A DNA stretch of 54,810 nt from Candidatus Altiarchaeota archaeon (GTDB taxonomy: Archaea > Altiarchaeota > Altiarchaeia > IMC4 > SCGC-AAA252-I15): NCBI GenBank assembly GCA_043800705.1, contig JAZDMS010000029.1, positions 1 through 54,810 of the forward strand, in the 5' to 3' direction. A model generated the notes under the pieces. It ran no database searches and was not told the origin of the DNA. It worked only from the letters and a program-made list of their open reading frames with translations. A program made the position numbers and the translations under genes. Of this stretch, positions 1 through 8,512 are shown piece after piece (positions within the stretch are counted from its first letter, which is position 1; every line of letters begins with the position of its first letter).

Positions 1-2
1 GC

Positions 3-173
3 TTCCCAAAATACGCCCCAGAACTCAACCCTGTCGAACCTTGCTGGAAACCAGCAAGGAGAAAAATCGGAAACAGACTACTACACACCCTACCCACAAT
101 GACCTATCACCTGCGAAAAGTCTTCAACAACCCAAAAACAATGCCAAAAATGTTCAAATATTTATCTGATTAG
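3..173 (+). mobile_element. 3' end of IS630/Tc1-family transposase (truncated by window edge)
   Basis: Frame 3 reads FPKYAPELNPVEPCWKPARRKIGNR...MFKYLSD*. PxYxPELNPxE is the DDE third-residue motif of IS630 transposases. Followed by GTATA, consistent with a TA target site. Confidence 0.75.
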
Positions 174-189
174 GTATAACATATGCCTT

Positions 190-481
190 TGAGGACTGAA
201 GTTTCCTGTTTTCAGTGTTCAGTTTTCCAGTTTTGACCGAGAACTGAGAACTGAAGTTTTCAGTTTCCAGTTTTCTGTTTTGACTGATGACTGAAGTTTC
301 CAGTTTCCTGTTTCCTGTTTTGACTGAGGACTGAAGTTTCCAGTTTCCAGTTTTCTGTTTTGACTGTAAACCGAAAACTGAGAACCGAAAACCGAGAACC
401 GAAAACCGAGAACCGAAAACCGAGAACCGAGAACTGAATACTGAAAACCGTGAACCGAAAACCGAAAACTGAAAACCGTAG
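190..481. repeat. Heptamer repeat array 1 (GAAAACY / RGTTTTC) with alternating orientation
   Basis: Degenerate tandem 7-mers. A higher-order 40-bp unit repeats at 281-320 and 321-360. Orientation switches at CTGAAG and GTTTTGAC. Confidence 0.95.
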
Positions 482-532
482 ACTTAAAGTAGGGCATCGG
501 TTTAAATTCTTCTGGGGTTATTATTTAGCAAG

Positions 533-2299
533 ATGCAGGACATTATCCTCTGGGACATCGGTCTGATGATTGTCGCCGCCACCCTTCTCGCGCATGTGGC
601 GCGGTTGGCGAGGCAGCCGCTCATACCGGCGTATGTGCTGGCGGGGATTTTCATCGGCCCCATGGGCTTCAAGCTCATCACGGACTCCTCCGTCATCAAG
701 ACGCTCTCCGAGCTTGGCATATCGTTCCTTCTGTTCATCGTCGGCCTTGAGCTGGACGTCAGGAGGATAAGGGATATAGGGGTCGCCGCGACCACCATCG
801 CCGTAGTGTCGGCGGTCACGGTGTTCGCCGTCACTGCTGGGGCGAGCGCCTATATGGGATTCACGGTTGTGGAGGCCGTATACATGGGGATCGCGCTGGC
901 CTTCTCGAGCACGATGATCGTCATCAAGATTCTCTCGGACAAGAACGAGCTGGAGACCCTCCACGGCAGGATCATCCTCGGGGTCCTGCTGATGCAGGAC
1001 GTGATGGCCATCATGGCGATGTCGGTGCTGACGAGCCTCGACCACATCTCCCTGGAGTCCGTGGCCAATTCGATGGTCCTCGGCATCGGATTGTTCGCCA
1101 TCGCACTGATAGGCAGCAGGTATGTGATTCCGACGGTCTTCAAGGCGATCTCGAAGTCCCATGAGCTCATCTTCCTCACGGCCCTCTCCATCTTCTTCCT
1201 CTTCGCGAGGCTGAGCGAGATGTCGGGGTTCTCCGTCGCCATCGGCGCGTTCATCGCCGGCATGGCCATCGCGACGTTCCCATACAACCTCGAGGTCGTC
1301 GGCAAGGTCAGGAGCCTGAGGGACTTCTTCGCGATAATCTTCTTCGTCTCCCTCGGGATGAAGCTGGCGCTCCTGGACGTCTCCGGGATAGTGGCGCCGG
1401 TCCTCGTCTTCCTGGCTATTGTCCTCTTCCTGAAGCCGCTGGTGATGATGTTCATGACCTCCCTCAGGGGCTACGGCAGGAGGGTCTCGTTCCTCACGGG
1501 TTTGAGCCTGTTCCAGATAAGCGAGTTCTCCCTCATCATCGCGAACCAGGGCCTGTCGTTGGGTCACATCTCGCCGCAGATATTCTCCGCCATAGCCCTC
1601 GTTGCGGTCGTCAGCATCACGCTGACGTCGTATGCGATAAAATACGACAATAGGATTTACAGGCTCGTGGCGCAGAGGCTGACCGTCTTCGAGAGGTTCT
1701 CCAGCCTCGACAAGGTGCCGCAGGGGATGGTGAAGGAGCCTGAGAGCACGCACACGGTGGTGTGCGGCAGCCACAGGATGGGCTATTCGATAATCAAGAC
1801 GCTGGAGAGGATAGGCAAGCCGTTCGTCGTCGTCGACTTCAACCCCGAACGGGTGAAGCAGCTGATAGGCGAGGGGATACCCTGCATATACGGCGACATA
1901 GGCGATATAGAGGTCCTCGACAGGCTGCACATGAAGAAGGCGGACATGGTCATATCCACCGTCGTCGACGACGAGGACAGCATGCTCCTGATAAGCGAGG
2001 CCAAATACCACAACAGGCGGATTCCCGTCATCGTGACCGCGGAGAGCGTCAAGGAGGCGCTGGAGCTGTACGACTACGGCGCCGACTACGTCATCGTCCC
2101 CAGGATGCTCTCCGGCATCGTCGTGTCGGACATAGTCGAGGGATACGTCAAGAACATCCACAGGATAGAGAGCCTCAAGGACAGGCACATCAGGGAGCTC
2201 CTCAAGGTCGAGCACGAGGAGACCCTCAGCAGGTACGAGTTCTCCTTTGTCACGTCGGTCGAGGAGAAGATGCATGAAAACCACCCCGGGAAGAAATAG
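533..2299 (+). CDS. CPA2-family cation:proton antiporter (KefB/KefC-like) with C-terminal TrkA-N/RCK domain
   Basis: About 12 TM helices, LLFIVGLELD, SSTMIVIKIL, LRDFFAIIFFVSLG; C-terminal VVCGSHRMG and YGDIGD. Confidence 0.9.
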   Translation: MQDIILWDIGLMIVAATLLAHVARLARQPLIPAYVLAGIFIGPMGFKLITDSSVIKTLSELGISFLLFIVGLELDVRRIRDIGVAATTIAVVSAVTVFAVTAGASAYMGFTVVEAVYMGIALAFSSTMIVIKILSDKNELETLHGRIILGVLLMQDVMAIMAMSVLTSLDHISLESVANSMVLGIGLFAIALIGSRYVIPTVFKAISKSHELIFLTALSIFFLFARLSEMSGFSVAIGAFIAGMAIATFPYNLEVVGKVRSLRDFFAIIFFVSLGMKLALLDVSGIVAPVLVFLAIVLFLKPLVMMFMTSLRGYGRRVSFLTGLSLFQISEFSLIIANQGLSLGHISPQIFSAIALVAVVSITLTSYAIKYDNRIYRLVAQRLTVFERFSSLDKVPQGMVKEPESTHTVVCGSHRMGYSIIKTLERIGKPFVVVDFNPERVKQLIGEGIPCIYGDIGDIEVLDRLHMKKADMVISTVVDDEDSMLLISEAKYHNRRIPVIVTAESVKEALELYDYGADYVIVPRMLSGIVVSDIVEGYVKNIHRIESLKDRHIRELLKVEHEETLSRYEFSFVTSVEEKMHENHPGKK

Positions 2300-2933
2300 G
2301 CTGATGAGGGTGTACGGGATGCTGCGCGAAGCCTATGGCCCCCGGCACTGGTGGCCGGCCGACACCCCCTTCGAGGTCTGCGTGGGGGCCATCCTCACCC
2401 AGTCCGCCAGCTGGACCAACGTCGAGAAGGCGATAGCGAACCTGAAGGAGGCGGGACTCCTGAGCCCGTCGGGGATACTGAAAACCGAGAACCGAAAACT
2501 GGCAAGGCTGATACGTCCGTCACTGTACTATAACGTAAAGGCGAGGAAGCTTAAGGAGTTCGCGAGGTTCCTCAGCGGGTTCGGCGGAAGGGTCGAAGGC
2601 ATGGCGGAGGCTCCGACCGAAGAATTGAGGGGGGAGCTCCTGGCGGTTTGGGGCATCGGCCCAGAGACTGCGGACAGCATCCTCCTTTACGCGCTCGGGA
2701 GGCCGACGTTCGTCGTGGACGCGTACACTAGGAGGATTTTCTCAAGGCTGGGGATGGTGGGTGAGGGCTCGTCATATGACGGGGTGAAGGCGTTCTTCGA
2801 GGGGAACCTCCCCCGGGACGCCGCACTCTACAACGAATACCACGCGCTGATAGTCGAGCACGGGAAGGTCGCGTGCAGGACGAGGGAAAGATGCGACGGA
2901 TGCTGCCTGGGGCGGATTTGCGCAGGCGGTTAG
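2274..2933 (+). CDS. Endonuclease III-related HhH-GPD DNA glycosylase with Fe-S cluster
   Basis: WWPADTPFEVCVGAILTQ, GIGPETADSILLYA, VVDAYTRR, C-terminal Cys cluster. ATG 2274 is preceded by GAGGAG. Confidence 0.9.
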   Translation: MKTTPGRNRLMRVYGMLREAYGPRHWWPADTPFEVCVGAILTQSASWTNVEKAIANLKEAGLLSPSGILKTENRKLARLIRPSLYYNVKARKLKEFARFLSGFGGRVEGMAEAPTEELRGELLAVWGIGPETADSILLYALGRPTFVVDAYTRRIFSRLGMVGEGSSYDGVKAFFEGNLPRDAALYNEYHALIVEHGKVACRTRERCDGCCLGRICAGG

Positions 2934-3874
2934 GTGGCTTCGACGCACCATTCGTTGAGCCTGTCGTCCAGCACCTTTTCGCAGAGGGCCCTCTTGTTCA
3001 GGGAGATCGCGACCGCATGGAAGCATCTGTCCCGTGGGTCTCTGTACAGCGCCTTTGAGCATAGGGTTTCGTCGGCGAGCCGTATGCCCAGCTGGGAGTA
3101 GCATTCGCTCTTCGTTAGGCCGTCCTGGACCTTGTCGCATATCCGGGTGCTGTTGGCGGATAAGGCGACCGCTAAGTAGCACGTGTCCTTTGCGGATTCG
3201 TTGTTGACTCTGTCGCAGAGCTGGGGGTCTCTGTTGGCGGCGGCAAGGCCGCTTAGGCAGCCGTATCTGCCTGCCGCCTCCTTCACCCTGGCGCAGAGGG
3301 CGGTGTCGTTCTTCTCCAGGGCGAGGTATTTGAAGCATGTGTCCGCCAGGTCGCCGCTGCCTATCCGGCCGCAGAGGGCGGGCTCCAGCTCCCGGATGCC
3401 GATGTACAGGAGGCAGTGCTCCCTGCTTCGGGTGTGTGATATGCGCTCGCAGCCTGCGGCGTCGGTCAGGCCATCCAGGACCCGAAGGACCTCCAGGTAG
3501 CAGGAGTCCCTGCCGAATGTGTCGTTCAGGCTGTCGCAGATGGAGGTGTCGTTTTTGGCGATGGCGACGGTAGCCAGGCAGAAGTCCCTGCGGTTGCCGG
3601 GTTCGTCGATTCTGAGGCAGCCGGAGGTGTCGGAATTGCCGACGCTCCAGTTCACGTAGCAGTCGTTCCTGACCTCCTGGTTGCGTATCATGCCGCAGAG
3701 TGCGGCCAGGACCTCGCCGGCGGGGATGGTGGTCGACGTGGTCGAGGACGTGGAAGTGGAGGTGGTCGACGTGGAGGACGACGGGGCCGCGGTCGACGTC
3801 GTGGTGGTGGTCGGCTCGTCTGCGAGGCAGCCGCAGACTAGGAGGGCCAGGAGGGCCAGGGGGATTATTCGCAT
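2930..3874 (-). CDS. Secreted/lipid-anchored Cys-rich repeat protein with Thr-rich linker
   Basis: Signal peptide ending VCGC, poly-Thr/Ser stretch, then ~25-aa repeats C-x2-I/V...RD-x-CY. Confidence 0.8.
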   Translation of the reverse strand: MRIIPLALLALLVCGCLADEPTTTTTSTAAPSSSTSTTSTSTSSTTSTTIPAGEVLAALCGMIRNQEVRNDCYVNWSVGNSDTSGCLRIDEPGNRRDFCLATVAIAKNDTSICDSLNDTFGRDSCYLEVLRVLDGLTDAAGCERISHTRSREHCLLYIGIRELEPALCGRIGSGDLADTCFKYLALEKNDTALCARVKEAAGRYGCLSGLAAANRDPQLCDRVNNESAKDTCYLAVALSANSTRICDKVQDGLTKSECYSQLGIRLADETLCSKALYRDPRDRCFHAVAISLNKRALCEKVLDDRLNEWCVEAT

Positions 3875-4043
3875 GGTATCGCATGGGAGGGCCAGGATAA
3901 AAATTCGCGGATGGGGGGTCACGTCGATTGCGTATAGGGCGGGGGCGGGATTCGCCGGGCGTCTGCCGATTTTTGCCGGGTTTCCCGGGAGGCGGACGCA
4001 TCCTGGGGGGAGGCTTATGTTTTTATTCCAGGCGGGAGAATGT

Positions 4044-5180
4044 ATGTCTCAGGGAGTGATTGGTCGCATGGGCGCTGAGGATGTTGTCGGGGGGAAGGAG
4101 GCGGGCGGCGCTCAGTCGAAGACGAGCCTTATCGGGGTCTTCATGCTTCTTGCATTGCTTTTCGCGCTGACGTATGTGAACATACTGTCGCAGGACAACC
4201 CGATGGTGATGGCCTTGACGAGTTTCGTCTTCTTCATCCTGTTCGGGACGTCCCTCTTCCGCGGCATCAGGATACACTTCCCCAAGATGCTCATGGACAC
4301 GGTCTTGGTGATAGTCCTCACGCTCGTGTTCATACAGGTCTCCTATCCGTTCTTCACCCCGAGGGTCGACGTGATATCCGCCGAGATGGTCAGCGGATAC
4401 AGCGACGACACCGGCTCCTACGTGTACGAGATCATCACCGCCACGGTCAGGAAGCCGATGGTGATGGTGTTCGGCGGCCTGTTCAGGGAGTACTGCACCG
4501 ACATCTCCTTTTACAAGAACGCGGAGCCCATAGTCAACACCCCCGACGCCGCGCTCGTCAAGGATGGGAATGTGAGCCGCATATGCTCCGGCGGAGGCTT
4601 CGACATGGTGACGAGGGTCATCCAGTTCGGGGCGTCGATAGAGTCGCCGAGCGAGTTCTCGATAAGCGACGTCAGCCCCCAGCTGATACCCCAGCAGAAC
4701 GTCTCCGAGGAGGCGTTCCTCTACGCGGTGCCGGCCTCCAACAGGATGGGCTATCCGTTCACCATGAAGGAGAAGCTCATACACGTCAGGGTGACCTCCG
4801 ACTCCTACGTCCCGGTCAGGGACAAAAAGACCGGGGAGTCTGCCAACATGCCCCTCTACGACGAGATAGTCTACAACTACGTCAGGAACAACTGCTCCGC
4901 ATACGACCTCAAGAGCCTTATATCCTCGAGTTTCAGGCTCTCGGACCAGCAGATAGGGGTGGAGGGCAACTTCAGGGGCTACATAGAGGCAGTCCACATA
5001 GACAACGACCTCAAGGTCATTACCTTGGACACGAGGGTCTATGGGACCATCGAGCCCGGGAAGACCGAGAACCTGTACCTCATCTACAGGCCGGTATGGT
5101 GCTTCAAGCCCCCGCTGAAGGACGTCAGGATAGTCCTGACGTCCATGGATGATGCGTCGGTGATAATACCGTCGGGCTAG
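4044..5180 (+). CDS. Hypothetical membrane protein (3 N-terminal TM helices plus soluble domain)
   Basis: Coding-like codon use and hydrophobic segments. Start uncertain (4044 or 4068). Confidence 0.7.
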   Translation: MSQGVIGRMGAEDVVGGKEAGGAQSKTSLIGVFMLLALLFALTYVNILSQDNPMVMALTSFVFFILFGTSLFRGIRIHFPKMLMDTVLVIVLTLVFIQVSYPFFTPRVDVISAEMVSGYSDDTGSYVYEIITATVRKPMVMVFGGLFREYCTDISFYKNAEPIVNTPDAALVKDGNVSRICSGGGFDMVTRVIQFGASIESPSEFSISDVSPQLIPQQNVSEEAFLYAVPASNRMGYPFTMKEKLIHVRVTSDSYVPVRDKKTGESANMPLYDEIVYNYVRNNCSAYDLKSLISSSFRLSDQQIGVEGNFRGYIEAVHIDNDLKVITLDTRVYGTIEPGKTENLYLIYRPVWCFKPPLKDVRIVLTSMDDASVIIPSG

Positions 5181-5351
5181 CGCATCGGACGGCCGCGGAC
5201 AGGAGGGGTATTCAGGCCGTTTTCGGCCGCCATCGATGTACCCGGTCGTGGTGGCCGAAGCAGTGGATGTCGGCCGCCTTGGCCGCATGGGTTTTCTCAG
5301 AGGCTTGTGTCTGTGCAGCGGGTTCTGCCTTATTTCAGCGAGTATTTATAC

Positions 5352-5389
5352 CTATGTATTTCATAGTATATAGTTATATTTTCCATAAC
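5352..5389. promoter_or_regulatory. AT-rich promoter with two short inverted repeats upstream of the AbiE-like pair
   Basis: CTATG-tattt-CATAG and GTTAT-attttcc-ATAAC just upstream of ATG 5403. AbiE operons are typically autoregulated via inverted repeats. Confidence 0.35.
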
Positions 5390-5402
5390 CTTATTATTTA
5401 AA

Positions 5403-6032
5403 ATGTCATATGCCTTGTTAGCCCATAAAATCGAGGTTTCCGGGGGGGGATACGTTACGCGAGAGGCGCTTAGGGGTTACTGCAGGGAGCTTGGGCTGGA
5501 TTATCTTCCGGCAGTGAAATACCTCACCCATCAGGGATATCTGATTCGCATACTGAGGGGGATATTCTATGCCAGGACGATAGAGGGGAGAAAAACGGGA
5601 AAACTGGGCATTAACCACCTTGAGGCCATAAGGGATGCGCTGAGACTCAAGGACGTTTCGAACTGGTATTTCGGCCTTGAGACAGCCACAAAGTTGAACA
5701 ACCTCACACACGAATATTACACGACGGCCACGGTGGTTTCGGACTCGATAGCCAGGCCTAGGCCGTTTGACATACTGGGGCACAAGGTGCGGTTCATCAA
5801 GGTTTCGCCTAAGCTATTCGGCTTTGGTGTGATTGGGGAGAACGTCCCATACTCAGACCCGGAAAAGACCCTCCTGGACACCGTATATCTGGGCAGGTAT
5901 AACGGGCTGAAGGAGCCGGATGTGAGGGATGCGACTGCGGACCTCCTGGGATACTGCTCAAAGGAAAAGCTGATTGTCTACGCCGGAAGATATCCGAAGA
6001 CGATAAGGAAGGTCGTGGAGGCGCTGATTTGA
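5403..6032 (+). CDS. AbiEi-like type IV TA antitoxin / transcriptional regulator
   Basis: N-terminal wHTH (LIRILRGIFY), YFGLETA, SDPEKTLLD. Overlaps the downstream AbiEii-like gene. Confidence 0.8.
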   Translation: MSYALLAHKIEVSGGGYVTREALRGYCRELGLDYLPAVKYLTHQGYLIRILRGIFYARTIEGRKTGKLGINHLEAIRDALRLKDVSNWYFGLETATKLNNLTHEYYTTATVVSDSIARPRPFDILGHKVRFIKVSPKLFGFGVIGENVPYSDPEKTLLDTVYLGRYNGLKEPDVRDATADLLGYCSKEKLIVYAGRYPKTIRKVVEALI

Positions 6033-6958
6033 GGATTACTGCGGGACTTTTGGATTACGCTGCCGGCAAGACGGGGATCAAGCAAGCAGAGCTGCTCGAG
6101 AAGGACATGCTACTGCACCTCTTGTTGAGGGAGCTTACAGCGGACGAACACTTCAGGACACATTACGTCTTCAAGGGCGGCACCTGCCTGATAAAGTGCT
6201 ATCTTGGCCACTATCGGTTCAGCGAAGACCTCGACTTCAGCTACGCCAGACAGGAGGACCTTGAGGGGAAGTCAGAAAAACGGATACGGAAGCAATTGTC
6301 AAATGAGATAAGCGCCCTCGCGAAGATGCTTGAGAAGGCGGCCGCCAAGGTCGGGTTGGAGTTCAAACCGGACAAGAAGGACAGGCATTACATGGAATTT
6401 GGGGGAGGCAACAAGTTCGCCACATTCAAGCTGTGGTACGAGTCCGTGGAACTCAGGACCTCGCAATTCATCAAGGTCCAGGTCAGCTATGTGGAGGTAT
6501 TCAAATACCCCTTCAAGTACCTTGCGGCAAAGAGCATGCTTTCCGGTTTGGACGAGAAGGAGCTCAGGTTCATGCGCCCTGAGGCGGCCCAACTGCTGGA
6601 ACCGTTGTTTGTGCAAGCCTATGATATCCGGGAAATCCTTGCCGAAAAGGTCCGAGCGATCCTCACCCGAAAAGGCGCCAAAGCAAGGGACTTCATAGAC
6701 GTTTACCTGATCCAAAAAGAGACCGGCGTCAGACCGGAAGACTTGGATGCCGAGATACTGGAAAAGACCCGCTTCAGCCTCAGATACGGGAAATACAGGG
6801 AAAACCTGAGACAAAGAACCGCCGCAACAGCCCCCTTCAAACTGGGGGAGGAACAGCGTCTGATCCTCAAGCCGCTTGGCGAAGGATTCAGCCAACGCAC
6901 GAAACGCCTGGCAGAATACGCGGACAAGCTGGCAAAAGAAATCACCCAAAACCCTTGA
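6029..6958 (+). CDS. AbiEii/AbiGii nucleotidyltransferase toxin (type IV TA)
   Basis: LEKD, FKGGTCL, RFSEDLDF, AEKVRA..R..ARDFIDVY motifs. Confidence 0.9.
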   Translation: MRITAGLLDYAAGKTGIKQAELLEKDMLLHLLLRELTADEHFRTHYVFKGGTCLIKCYLGHYRFSEDLDFSYARQEDLEGKSEKRIRKQLSNEISALAKMLEKAAAKVGLEFKPDKKDRHYMEFGGGNKFATFKLWYESVELRTSQFIKVQVSYVEVFKYPFKYLAAKSMLSGLDEKELRFMRPEAAQLLEPLFVQAYDIREILAEKVRAILTRKGAKARDFIDVYLIQKETGVRPEDLDAEILEKTRFSLRYGKYRENLRQRTAATAPFKLGEEQRLILKPLGEGFSQRTKRLAEYADKLAKEITQNP

Positions 6959-7110
6959 ATTATGGGAACTTGCCCGGCCTTAGGCCCTCGAGGCCTGGTT
7001 TGAGTCGGACGAGGGCATCATCCGCTAGCCGAGCCTTCTTCTTCAAAAGCCCGTATTCGGCCGGGAATAGGGACATGCGCACCCATCATCAGAGGATATC
7101 CCAAGGGCTG

Positions 7111-7524
7111 TCATATTATCAGTTTCAGAAGGAGCGCGAAGAGGAGGAGGCTCCTGAGGGGGAGGATGCGGCCTTTGCCTTTCACGACCCGGTAGGTGAG
7201 CATGACGTTGGCGGCGGGCAGCAGGAGGGCCAGGGGTGTGACGCGCATGTAGTAGGCTGCGAAGATGAATTCGCTGTATCGGTCGCAGCTGTAGTCGAAG
7301 AGGCCGCCTTCCCGGGACGTGAGTCCTCTGGCCCTGGCGACGGCGCCGTCGAGGAGGTCGAATGCGAGGGCCAAGGCGACTGCGAGGAGCGGGTCCCAGA
7401 ATACGAGGAGGGAGGATATGACCGACAGGCTGGATATGACGCGGGGGTCTACGGGTATGTCGACCGACAGCCTCATCCTATGCCTCTTGAGGGAATCCGC
7501 GGCCGCCGATATCCGCCGCCTCAT
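7111..7524 (-). CDS. CDP-alcohol phosphatidyltransferase family protein
   Basis: DLLDGAVAR...GGLFDYSCDRYSE signature. Confidence 0.85.
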   Translation of the reverse strand: MRRRISAAADSLKRHRMRLSVDIPVDPRVISSLSVISSLLVFWDPLLAVALALAFDLLDGAVARARGLTSREGGLFDYSCDRYSEFIFAAYYMRVTPLALLLPAANVMLTYRVVKGKGRILPLRSLLLFALLLKLII

Positions 7525-7952
7525 GTCAGCATCACCCCGAATGCGAGCGCCAATGTGACCAGGACGTCGGCGACCGTCATCCGCTTCAGCGACCTGGGGT
7601 AGATGTGCCCGAACTGCTGCGAGCCCTCATACGGATACAGGGGCCGTGTGGGCCTCGTGAGGAAGTCGAGGAGATAGTGGGCAAGGAGGGGGAAGTAGAG
7701 GAAGTAGAGGCTGGGGCGGAATAGGAGGACGACCGAGAAGGAGGCGGAAAGGGCCGATAGGCCGTAGAGCTCGTGGAACCTGCTTCGGGATTCGGGGCCG
7801 AAGCGGCCGGTGCTCAGGGCGCGGGACAGGTGGGGTATGTGGTCTAGGTCGGGGAGGATGCCCCAGAAGACGCACACTGCGAGGATTAGGGGCTCGTCGG
7901 TGAACTGCCGCCCTATCAGGTACGAAAGGAGGATGTGCGCGATGGAATTCAT
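7521..7952 (-). CDS. Membrane-bound metal-dependent hydrolase (YdjM-like)
   Basis: AH, LPDLDH, RFHE, HYLLD motifs with TM segments. Confidence 0.75.
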   Translation of the reverse strand: MNSIAHILLSYLIGRQFTDEPLILAVCVFWGILPDLDHIPHLSRALSTGRFGPESRSRFHELYGLSALSASFSVVLLFRPSLYFLYFPLLAHYLLDFLTRPTRPLYPYEGSQQFGHIYPRSLKRMTVADVLVTLALAFGVMLT

Positions 7953-7958
7953 GTTCTA

Positions 7959-8480
7959 TTAGCCGTTTTTAAATTTTTCTAATTCACGTATTAAATCTAA
8001 TTTAGTCTCTATTCCAAGTTCTTTCTTGGCTTTGTTTAAGTCAACTATAAAACTGCCGTTTTTCATTGGGAAGTATCCGGCTTTTTCCACCATTCGAACA
8101 TAATCTATTGCAGTATCCTCTTTGATGTCTAATCTTAGCGCATACCTAATAGCTGATTGGATTGAAATATCGGAAGTATTGGTTGCTATTGCTAATCTCA
8201 TTATTCCTTCACGAACAAAGCGCATGTTTTCTGGTCGGCCCATATCTTTTTCACTCCTTCTTTTTTTTCCAATATTAAAACTTCCTAATTTAAGAGCATA
8301 TCCCATAAGGGTAGATGCGGGGGGCACATTAACGTTAGCAAGTGTGTATTCTCCTGAATCTTGCGCTGCATTCGTGAGTGCAACCATTTCACCCCCGCAT
8401 GAACAGGGAATTTTTACCGTTAATGGATTTTCTATTACTACTTCAAAACCACATTTTTGGCATTCAAATTTTATCTTCAT
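7959..8480 (-). CDS. AT-rich hypothetical protein with N-terminal Zn ribbon
   Basis: CQKC...CSCG. Sharply lower GC than its neighbours, with its own T/A-rich upstream box. Confidence 0.7.
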   Translation of the reverse strand: MKIKFECQKCGFEVVIENPLTVKIPCSCGGEMVALTNAAQDSGEYTLANVNVPPASTLMGYALKLGSFNIGKKRRSEKDMGRPENMRFVREGIMRLAIATNTSDISIQSAIRYALRLDIKEDTAIDYVRMVEKAGYFPMKNGSFIVDLNKAKKELGIETKLDLIRELEKFKNG

Positions 8481-8512
8481 CGAGTATATATCAATTTGTC
8501 ATAAAAAAGCTT

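Noticed and set aside
219-497. 92-aa ORF (FSVLGFRFSV...)
   Set aside because: It is a translation of the heptamer array and not a credible protein. The same applies to the repeat-derived tails of ORFs 23060-23752 and 40384-40944.
521-2284. Long antisense ORFs (also 4023-5288, 31782-33050, 42576-43724, 43168-44775, 53388-54371)
   Set aside because: These are shadow ORFs opposite well-supported genes, expected from high GC3 codon bias.
3681-4043. N-terminal extensions in the ORF track (also 14480-14749, 20460-20570, 39200-39334, 46666-46866, 52290-52424)
   Set aside because: They overlap neighbouring genes or promoters; downstream starts match family N-termini.
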